Source: Ostrea edulis (taxonomy: Eukaryota). Taken from it: a stretch of DNA of 64,000 nt. Each line of letters starts with the position of its first letter. The stretch's first letter is position 1. The notes under the pieces were generated by a model that saw only the letters and a list, made by a program, of their open reading frames with translations, was not told where the DNA came from and did not search any database. Where the stretch lies: contig NC_079165.1 of assembly GCF_947568905.1 (NCBI RefSeq), positions 103,602,001 through 103,666,000 on the forward strand, read 5' to 3'. Position numbers and translations under genes: made by a program. This document shows positions 50,854-61,307 of this stretch, piece after piece.

Positions 50854-51661
50854 TTATACAAATAAATGATGGTAAGTAAATTCCATATTTTCAACAGTGA
50901 CAAGTGACAAACATGATATACAGTTTACTTACAATATGATTGTGGTATTAAGAAGCATATCAATCATTGTGTGACTGAAAAGGAATTTTTACCACATACT
51001 TTAGGTTACATCACTTAATACGCAAACAAAACAAAGCACGAATCATCTTTAGATAGCAAAATATTGCGAGCTCCGTAATACACATATAAATGAACAAGTG
51101 ACATTATGGTTGATCATAAAATTTGCGAAATGCCAATTTTAAACAAGGCTGTGAAAAATCCCGTACTATAAACTTATTTGTTTTGTAGTCTTGTCTCAGT
51201 TTGAAAATTGATGATACGCAGAACATACTCTCGCTTATGGAATCAGCTGGAAAACACTATATGCAGATGGTATTGAAATATTGCTACATAAATATGGGAA
51301 GTTGAAGACGGAGAAGGTGAAGTCATCCCGTTTGTCAAAGTTGAGTTCTTGATACTTCTGATATATTTTATAATGACAAATTAAATATGCTATAAAAGTG
51401 GACAGTATATATACATTAACATCCAATGGCGAGAGGGGGGGGGGGGGGGGTCAGCACATTCTTGCATTATACTTATTCTTAATGTTCAGTATAAAACTTT
51501 CTCCGGGGAGTAAGTTGATTCCATATGCAAATTGTAGATCTAGATTTTTCTTCTTCTAATTACAATCGAGCCATGACCAAAAAGGATATTTAGATTTGTG
51601 CAGCATATGTGTTTTGCTGGTTACAAATGTAGTCCCATTTCACTGTCTGTCTTAGATCTCC

Positions 51662-52159
51662 ATCGTCAACTTCCCATCTTTGTGCAGCAATATTCCATTA
51701 TCACCTGGATATGGTCTTTATATATCTCAACTGATTCGATATACAAAAGGTTATTCTGCATATAGTCAGTTTTTATATGGAAACAAGCTACTGACAAACA
51801 AGTTGATGGTACAAGGGTTTCAACAGTCTCGATTGAAGTCAGCATTTCTCCAATTCTATGCTCGCTATAACGATCTAGTTCGTCAGTACAATGTTTCAAT
51901 GGGTCAAATGCTGTCTGATGTGTTCATACCGGTTGTTAAGCCGTTCTTGGCACGCTGATTTTGACTACGGATAACTCCATTTACCTGATCAGGATATAGG
52001 GCTCACGGCGGGTGTGACCGGTCGACAGGGGATGCTTACTCCTCCTAGGCACCTGATGTGCCCTGGTGTGTCCAGGGGTCCGTGTTTGCCCAACTATCTA
52101 TTTTGTATTGCTTGTAGGAGTTATGAGACTGATCACTGTCCGTTATCTTCACCTTTCAT
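51662..52159 (+). mobile_element. Naiad-like copy upstream of G5; mirrored at 59171-59668
   Basis: SNIP.SP.YG.YISQLIRY..LLTNKL..QGFQQSRLK plus the 3' tail. Confidence 0.78.
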
Positions 52160-52536
52160 CTACAATGTTTTTGTAACAGTGCATTTTTATTTCGTTTGCT
52201 GTTTTCCGTCCCTTTTGAGAGTTTTAAACTCATATTGAGACGTCAATAGCTTGAGGGAAATTGTCATACATTTTTACTCGTGCATGGCGCTCAAGGTCGA
52301 TGTAATTAGGATTTTCCGTTTTATGGTTATAATCTGAAGACCAATTTAGACGGGAAATGGGAGAGGATGTACAATGATAATTTGTATTGAAAACATTCAC
52401 ATTGATCTGAAATCAAGGAATACAGATTTAGTGGAAATAAATCTAAACAAATATTTGACACGTGCTAGATTCCAGCCACGATACAGAACGACAGTCTTAC
52501 AAGTTAACAATTGAGTTACCCTACTTTGTAGGAAAC

Positions 52537-52544
52537 TATAAATA
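52537..52544 (+). promoter_or_regulatory. Candidate TATA box of G5; mirrored for G6 at 58786-58793 (-)
   Basis: AAAC-TATAAATA-G about 135 bp upstream of the ATG, conserved with G4. Confidence 0.5.
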
Positions 52545-52676
52545 GAAATACATGTTTTGCTATTTCTATTATTATTTCGAAAGGAAATCAGCCATTATCA
52601 CAATGTTTAATTCGTATCAAATAGGAGGAAAAACTACTTGAACCAGGAAGCTCTTTTTCTCAAAGGAACAACAAAA

Positions 52677-53882
52677 ATGGAAAACAGTACGTATTTATCG
52701 GAGAAGTTAGATGCGTGGAATAGTGAACTAGCCAGTGGTTTAACCCCGAATAATGTGATTTTGTCTCTGTATATTGCAACAAGTTTGTTGGGAAATTCTA
52801 CAGTGATTCTGATTTATGGATTTAAGATGAGAGGAAACAAGGAAGAAAGATACTTTATTCCATTCCTTGCTATGGCGGATCTATGTGCTTCCTTGGTTTG
52901 CGCTTCTTTCGGAATCGCTCTCAACATGATGCAGGCCGAGTTTAACAACACGCACCTGTGTAAAGCCTGGTGGTTCTTCGCGGCGTTTACTACTTTCACG
53001 TCAATTTTGTTTCTCTTCATCATTGCCGTACACAGGTATCTCAAAGTCTGTAGACCTCTTGGAAAACAAATGATTCTGAAATGGAAAAGATTTGCTTTAG
53101 GTTTGGGTTTGTTTGTAGCATTTATACATGCTGTACCTATGGTTCATTTTTATGGATCAGTTCCCTTTCCTAATGAGGAGGAGGGGATCGTTGGACTACG
53201 GTGTAGCAGGCTGAAAACCATCAACAAAACAGGCTCTTTGATCTTTGGAGGAGTCATAGTTCTCATAACAGTTGCATGCATTGTTACGCTAATTTTTCTC
53301 TATGCCAAGATTGGATACACTATTCTTGCACACTTCAAATTTTCAAAATCCCCATGCAAACCTGATACCAGTTCGGACACAGAAAAATCCAGCAGGATCA
53401 ATCACTCTCAGGTTACAATCTCAAGCAGAAACGACCCTCTTAGTGGCACAGAAAATGGAACCTACTCTATCGAGACGGACAACACTGAATTATCCGAATC
53501 GTTACCTCCTCAAACGTCTACAAAAACAACAGGGAAAACTCTTACAACAAATACAAAGCTTGAAAGAAAACTGAATCCTTATAAGTCAAGTGCAAAGCGG
53601 AGAAAAGAAAGGAACAACCAGCGAGTTGTACACAAATTCACTCTGATGTTTATGCTCATCACGATAATCTTCCTCATTTGTTACATCCCAAAGGTTATCA
53701 TCATGTTACTAGAGGCTAGGAACCCGAAGTTCTGGGAGGAGTTTTCAGATTCTGCTAGAGCTGGCGTGCTGTTTGTGTATAGGATGTACATCATAAACAA
53801 TATTACTAATCCAATCATTTATGCATTCCTGGACGAGCAGTTTGCTAAAGAAATCAAGTCGTTGTTTAAAGTTTGCAAATGA
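52677..53882 (+). CDS. G5: intronless class A orphan GPCR, 401 aa
   Basis: GNS, LAMAD, HRY, CYIPK, NPIIY. Start set at the ATG homologous to G2/G4; the ORF track uses a TTG at 52638. Confidence 0.95.
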   Translation: MENSTYLSEKLDAWNSELASGLTPNNVILSLYIATSLLGNSTVILIYGFKMRGNKEERYFIPFLAMADLCASLVCASFGIALNMMQAEFNNTHLCKAWWFFAAFTTFTSILFLFIIAVHRYLKVCRPLGKQMILKWKRFALGLGLFVAFIHAVPMVHFYGSVPFPNEEEGIVGLRCSRLKTINKTGSLIFGGVIVLITVACIVTLIFLYAKIGYTILAHFKFSKSPCKPDTSSDTEKSSRINHSQVTISSRNDPLSGTENGTYSIETDNTELSESLPPQTSTKTTGKTLTTNTKLERKLNPYKSSAKRRKERNNQRVVHKFTLMFMLITIIFLICYIPKVIIMLLEARNPKFWEEFSDSARAGVLFVYRMYIINNITNPIIYAFLDEQFAKEIKSLFKVCK

Positions 53883-54101
53883 TAAAATACCATGGTGTCA
53901 TCATTACATAGCTTTGTGAAATATGATATTTCTTAGGTTTTTATGAAATATGGAATCTATTTGACGTCACACAACATTGTGTCCATCTTATCATATGTCA
54001 TCATATTACAAGTAATTACATATATACATAACCATGTAAGTAATTGTAAAGAACATTGGATTTGCAATTCTTTTGGGAAAAGAACATATTATTCATCTCT
54101 G

Positions 54102-55053
54102 CTTAAAGCTGACATGAGTTAATAAATATAGTATAATTCTATATGTCCGCCCTATTTCTTTGCTATTCCGCCATATTAGTTGGATATTCTATTGTTATAT
54201 GTATCAGGGTTCGCATGGTATATAAGGGGACGAGTTTTGCTACGCTTCACTTCACATCAGTGTCTTCGATTTACCTGTGCGGGTAGCTTCGACAGGTAAC
54301 ACGTACATCTCCGATACTAATTTATAGGAGATCAAGAAGAAATGAAATCACGTTTTGAAACACCATGCAGTGCTCAAAATTACAATAAACATATCGTACA
54401 GTAGTAAATCATTCTAAAAGCTTTGGATAAATAAATATAGAGTGCCTTTTCTTTACGTGAATGTGCGTACATTTGCAATAAATATGTCAAAACTATACAA
54501 AAACACGGAGAAATATTTCATCTATTATCTAGATCTATTGATGAAATGGAATAAGCAAAGGATATAAAATCTATACCATTCACACTTACTTCAAGCAAAA
54601 TGCAAATACATAAATGCGACTGTACGTATAAAGAAGACATGGTCATGTATGTTCGTCATGAAAAAGCATCGAATGCGGATGACTATTTACCTGGGTCTAC
54701 TCGTAATATCTGTAAAGGATCGAAGATGTACGTGTATACTTGTCGAGAATACTCAAAGTAGTAGTAAAACGCCCTTTATTAGCATAATCCATGAAGCAAA
54801 ACGATACACTCCATTTGTATACCAACAGTAAACAACATTGTCCATTGTACAAACTGCAACACACTTAGCCCGTGCCGATCAGCCATCTTCAATCAGGGGA
54901 AGTATCAGAGTAGAATATTTACCCTGTATTGTGCATGAATCCCTATACCGTATGATCTACTTGTCAGAGTATTGCAGATTTATAAATCAGGAAATTATTT
55001 AGGTACATAAATTGTTTGTGCATAGATAATTTGCATATACAACACTGCACGAG

Positions 55054-55116
<63 letters not shown>

Positions 55117-55367
55117 CAGGATATATATATATATATATATATATTCAAACGATGATCTTGTAATAATCGCGCTCTTATTAAGACAAATGATATCGTTAAT
55201 TCAATATAAGAGAACAGTAACTCAATATTGCTCTCATTAATTGATAATACAGATTTATTTGATTCATTTAAATCACGCAATAATTAAAAATTAAACATAT
55301 TTTTAAATAATATTATTTTTAATTACTTCATTTTATGCTAATTCGGCGCTCAATAGATCTTATATAT
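54102..55367. repeat. Older inverted-repeat unit A', downstream of G5
   Basis: Reverse complement of 49809-50761, with extra insertions near 54505-54680 and 54927-55060. Confidence 0.9.
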
Positions 55368-55635
55368 CTATGCCATTTTGTTTTATTACATTCTGCGTTT
55401 AACTCGACGCAAATTCTAGTAATGCAAAATGTAATAATTGAGTTTATCATATGCGTAGTTATCAAGCACATAGAATATTTTTTTTAAAACATATTTTATT
55501 GAGAAACTCAACAGGATTGAGCAACAGGCATAGCCTATGTAGGCCCTCTCCCAAATACAAAGGTCAAGTACAAAGTACTTAGAATCAAAGTGAGGGGACA
55601 AGAGTGTCTGTCCTCCACCTTTGATAACAATATCC

Positions 55636-55831
55636 ATTTTTTTATGTTTTCCGCCACACTCAACAATTTTTCAGTTATCTGGTGGCACCGAGTTTTTGTT
55701 GGTGGAAGAAAGAAAACAGATACAATGTATCTGGGAAGAGACCACCGACCTTCCGAAAGTATACTGGGAAACTTTCTCACTTACCGGCGCGAGCGGGTTT
55801 CGAACCCGTGCCGACAGAAGTGAGAGGCCGT
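55636..55831 (-). mobile_element. Copy of the second SINE family in the palindrome spacer; B box kept, A box missing
   Basis: GGGTTCGAAACCC followed by the same body as 4739-4960. Confidence 0.65.
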
Positions 55832-55969
55832 TATTTTGTAATGCAAGTAAAAATATATTGGGCAATAATGCTGAATTAGTAGTGTGAAAGAGTGTGAGAA
55901 TGTATAAAATTATTATTATGTATCTTCATTACTATTACTGATGATTATGTGAATATGGAAAAAGAATAA

Positions 55970-56027
<58 letters not shown>

Positions 56028-56029
<2 letters not shown>

Positions 56030-56865
56030 TGATGATCAGATGGAGTTCAATCACATAACATTTATTTCTCTACAGTCTGTTTCGTAAGGGGATGGTTTCC
56101 CCTCACTCGTCGGGAGAAAAATGACATCTAACGAAAAACATCCGCATGGCTGAGAATATGTTACACAGAAACATACTGGATAGTTGCTAAGCATGATTAC
56201 ACACAGGATTGAGTAAATAGAAATTTATGGGAATGACGGCAAGTGCTGACGAGTTCTGAACGCTTATTCAATGAAGATTTTTCGGGATGACATATTATAA
56301 AGAATTTCTCTAGAATACAAAGGTTGCACTTTTTTGAAATGTTTGAGTATGATGATGTTTTTCCTAAAATTTCCCACTTGATTTTGTAGTCAATATTTTT
56401 GTCTTTCAATGTCTATATGAATTTGCTGAGCTCGGTGGTATTCTTTTTCGTGGAATTACGGAATGAATGAGTGTGGTTGGCGTATCTTAATTTGAACTCG
56501 GTGTCTGCTAGTCCCACGTAGCTCTCTTCTTGTCCATTATCGGCTCTGACTCTAGCTAAGTACACAATTCCGTGGGCGCGACATTCACCGTTGAGCGGGC
56601 ATTGATCTTTGTTTCGGCAATTACACCTGTTACATGTATCTCCGGTCTGGCGCACTTGTTTGATTGAAGCGTTATGCGAGTCGATTACATTTTGCATGGA
56701 TGGCATACAACTGTACGATATTTTAATAGTGTTTCTGTTGATAATCGAGCAATAATAATAACATGGCCTATCGGGAAACACTCATCTATAATTTTGAGAA
56801 ACTGTTTACCCAAGTTTGTTTTTACGTTACTATCATATGGGGGGTTAAACCATGTGATGTTACGG
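56028..56865 (-). mobile_element. 5'-truncated Penelope-like element with a C-terminal GIY-YIG endonuclease remnant
   Basis: [45 protein letters not shown] linker, [27 protein letters not shown]; one frameshift and a TAG at 56413-56415; a hammerhead follows the ORF. Confidence 0.88.
56059..56123 (-). ncRNA. Type I hammerhead ribozyme motif with a core substitution (CCGACGA)
   Basis: Minus strand TTTCTC-CCGACGA-GTGAGGGG(AAACCAT)CCCCTTAC-GAA-ACAGACTGT-A-GAGAAA; stems I, II and III all pair; GUA cleavage site. Confidence 0.8.
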
Positions 56866-59800
56866 ACATTCACGTAAAGAAAAGGCACTCTATATTTATT
56901 TATCCAAAGCTTTTAGAATGATTTACTACTGTACGATATGTTTATTGTAATTTTGAGCACTGCATGGTGTTTCAAAACGTGATTTCATTTCTTCTTGATC
57001 TCCTATAAATTAGTATCGGAGATGTACGTGTTACCTGTCGAAGCTACCCGCACAGGTAAATCGAAGACACTGATGTGAAGTGAAGCGTAGCAAAACTCGT
57101 CCCCTTATATACCATGCGAACCCTGATACATATAACAATAGAATATCCAACTAATATGGCGGAATAGCAAAGAAATAGGGCGGACATATAGAATTATACT
57201 ATATTTATTAACTCATGTCAGCTTTAAGCAGAGATGAATAATATGTTCTTTTCCCAAAAGAATTGCAAATCCAATGTTCTTTACAATTACTTACATGGTT
57301 ATGTATATATGTAATTACTTGTAATATGATGACATATGATAAGATGGACACAATGTTGTGTGACGTCAAATAGATTCCATATTTCATAAAAACCTAAGAA
57401 ATATCATATTTCACAAAGCTATGTAATGATGACACCATGGTATTTTATCATTTGCAAACTTTAAACAACGACTTGATTTCTTTAGCAAACTGCTCGTCCA
57501 GGAATGCATAAATGATTGGATTAGTAATATTGTTTATGATGTACATCCTATACACAAACAGCACGCCAGCTCTAGCAGAATCTGAAAACTCCTCCCAGAA
57601 CTTCGGGTTCCTAGCCTCTAGTAACATGATGATAACCTTTGGGATGTAACAAATGAGGAAGATTATCGTGATGAGCATAAACATCAGAGTGAATTTGTGT
57701 ACAACTCGCTGGTTGTTCCTTTCTTTTCTCCGCTTTGCACTTGACTTATAAGGATTCAGTTTTCTTTCAAGCTTTGTATTTGTTGTAAGAGTTTTCCCTG
57801 TTGTTTTTGTAGACGTTTGAGGAGGTAACGATTCGGATAATTCAGTGTTGTCCGTCTCGATAGAGTAGGTTCCATTTTCTGTGCCACTAAGAGGGTCGTT
57901 TCTGCTTGAGATTGTAACCTGAGAGTGATTGATCCTGCTGGATTTTTCTGTGTCCGAACTGGTATCAGGTTTGCATGGGGATTTTGAAAATTTGAAGTGT
58001 GCAAGAATAGTGTATCCAATCTTGGCATAGAGAAAAATTAGCGTAACAATGCATGCAACTGTTATGAGAACTATGACTCCTCCAAAGATCAAAGAGCCTG
58101 TTTTGTTGATGGTTTTCAGCCTGCTACACCGTAGTCCAACGATCCCCTCCTCCTCATTAGGAAAGGGAACTGATCCATAAAAATGAACCATAGGTACAGC
58201 ATGTATAAATGCTACAAACAAACCCAAACCTAAAGCAAATCTTTTCCATTTCAGAATCATTTGTTTTCCAAGAGGTCTACAGACTTTGAGATACCTGTGT
58301 ACGGCAATGATGAAGAGAAACAAAATTGACGTGAAAGTAGTAAACGCCGCGAAGAACCACCAGGCTTTACACAGGTGCGTGTTGTTAAACTCGGCCTGCA
58401 TCATGTTGAGAGCGATTCCGAAAGAAGCGCAAACCAAGGAAGCACATAGATCCGCCATAGCAAGGAATGGAATAAAGTATCTTTCTTCCTTGTTTCCTCT
58501 CATCTTAAATCCATAAATCAGAATCACTGTAGAATTTCCCAACAAACTTGTTGCAATATACAGAGACAAAATCACATTATTCGGGGTTAAACCACTGGCT
58601 AGTTCACTATTCCACGCATCTAACTTCTCCGATAAATACGTACTGTTTTCCATTTTTGTTGTTCCTTTGAGAAAAAGAGCTTCCTGGTTCAAGTAGTTTT
58701 TCCTCCTATTTGATACGAATTAAACATTGTGATAATGGCTGATTTCCTTTCGAAATAATAATAGAAATAGCAAAACATGTATTTCTATTTATAGTTTCCT
58801 ACAAAGTAGGGTAACTCAATTGTTAACTTGTAAGACTGTCGTTCTGTATCGTGGCTGGAATCTAGCACGTGTCAAATATTTGTTTAGATTTATTTCCACT
58901 AAATCTGTATTCCTTGATTTCAGATCAATGTGAATGTTTTCAATACAAATTATCATTGTACATCCTCTCCCATTTCCCGTCTAAATTGGTCTTCAGATTA
59001 TAACCATAAAACGGAAAATCCTAATTACATCGACCTTGAGCGCCATGCACGAGTAAAAATGTATGACAATTTCCCTCAAGCTATTGACGTCTCAATATGA
59101 GTTTAAAACTCTCAAAAGGGACGGAAAACAGCAAACGAAATAAAAATGCACTGTTACAAAAACATTGTAGATGAAAGGTGAAGATAACGGACAGTGATCA
59201 ATCTCATAACTCCTACAAGCAATACAAAATAGATAGTTGGGCAAACACGGACCCCTGGACACACCAGGGCACATCAGGTGCCTAGGAGGAGTAAGCATCC
59301 CCTGTCGACCGGTCACACCCGCCGTGAGCCCTATATCCTGATCAGGTAAATGGAGTTATCCGTAGTCAAAATCAGTGTGCCAAGAACGGCTTAACAATCG
59401 GTATGAACACATCAGACAGCATTTGACCCATTGAAACATTGTACTGACGAACTAGATCGTTATAGCGAGCATAGAATTGGAGAAATGCTGACTTCAATCG
59501 AGACTGTTGAAACCCTTGTACCATCAACTTGTTTGTCAGTAGCTTGCTTCCATATAAAAACTGACTATATGCAGAATAACCTTTTGTATATCGAATCAGT
59601 TGAGATATATAAAGACCATATCCAGGTGATAATGGAATATTGCTGCACAAAGATGGGAAGTTGACGATGGAGATCTAAGACAGACAGTGAAATGGGACTA
59701 CATTTGTAACCAGCAAAACACATATGCTGCACAAATCTAAATATCCTTTTTGGTCATGGCTCGATTGTAATTAGAAGAAGAAAAATCTAGATCTACAATT

Positions 59801-61218
59801 TGCATATGGAATCAACTTACTCCCCGGAGAAAGTTTTATACTGAACATTAAGAATAAGTATAATGCAAGAAAGTGCTGACCCCCCCCCCCCCCTCCCCCC
59901 CCTCTCGCCATTGGATGTTAATGTATATATACTGCCCACTTTTATAGCATATTTAATTTGTCATTATAAAATATATCAGAAGTATCAAGAACTCAACTTT
60001 GACAAACGGGATGACTTCACCTTCTCCGTCTTCAACTTCCCATATTTATGTAGCAATATTTCAATACCATCTGCATATAGTGTTTTCCAGCTGATTCCAT
60101 AAGCGAGAGTATGTTCTGCGTATCATCAATTTTCAAACTGAGACAAGACTACAAAACAAATAAGTTTATAGTACGGGATTTTTCACAGCCTTGTTTAAAA
60201 TTGGCATTTCGCAAATTTTATGATCAACCATAATGTCACTTGTTCATTTATATGTGTATTACGGAGCTCGCAATATTTTGCTATCTAAAGATGATTCGTG
60301 CTTTGTTTTGTTTGCGTATTAAGTGATGTAACCTAAAGTATGTGGTAAAAATTCCTTTTCAGTCACACAATGATTGATATGCTTCTTAATACCACAATCA
60401 TATTGTAAGTAAACTGTATATCACGTTTGTCACTTGTCACTGTTGAAAATATGGAATTTACTTACCATCATTTATTTGTATAACGGTCGCGGCAGCTCAG
60501 TTGGTAGAGCGTTCGTTTCGTAACCAGTCTTGAGTGCAAGACTCGCTCGTACCATGACTGTGTCAAACTTAAAAACTTAAAGCTGACATGAATTAATAAA
60601 TATAGTATAATTCTATATGTCCGCCATATTTCTCTGCTAATCCGCCATATTTGTTGAACATTCTATTGTTATATGTATCAGGATTCGCATGGTATATAAG
60701 GGGACGAGTTTTGTTACGCTTCACTTCACATCAGTATCTTCGATTTACCTATGCGGGTAGCTTCGACAGGTAACACGTACATCTCCAATACTAATTTATA
60801 GGACATCAAGAAGAAATAAAATCACGTTTTGGAACACCACGCAGTGCTCAAAATTATAATAAACATATCGTACAGTAGTAAATCATTCTAAAAGCTTTGG
60901 ATAAATATATACAAAATGTCTTTTCTTTACGTGAATGTGCGTACATTTGCAGTAAATATGTCAAAATATACAAAAACTGATTTACCTGGGTCTACTCGTA
61001 ATATCTGTAAAGGACCGTAGATGTACGTGTACACTTGTCGAAAATACTCTCAGCAATAGTAAAACTCCCTTTATTTGCATAATCCATGAAACAAAACGAT
61101 AAACTCCATTTGCATTCCAACAGTAATACCATTGTCCATTGTACAGACTGCGACACACTTAGCCCGTGCCGATCGGCTATCTTCAATCAGGGGAAGTATC
61201 AGAGTATAATATTTACCC

Positions 61219-61307
<89 letters not shown>

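Larger units (their letters stand above)
47340..54464. repeat. Left arm of a giant inverted duplication (palindrome)
   Basis: Reverse complement of 56866-64000; mirrored coordinates sum to about 111330-111340. The arm may extend further left, because its partner runs out of the window. Confidence 0.97.

Noticed and set aside
52638-52676. TTG and GTG starts given by the ORF track for G5, G6 and G3
   Set aside because: Eukaryotic context; homologous or first in-frame ATGs exist at 52677, 58653 and 13518
3062-58516. Short alternative-frame and antisense ORFs overlapping the GPCRs (for example MRYLCTAM...)
   Set aside because: They recur only because the GPCR codons are conserved; no independent coding signal
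4907-59316. Recurrent MTGRQGMLTPPRHL... and MSRGPCLPNYLF... ORFs
   Set aside because: Translations of the non-coding 3' tail of the dispersed retroelement, with frameshifts differing between copies
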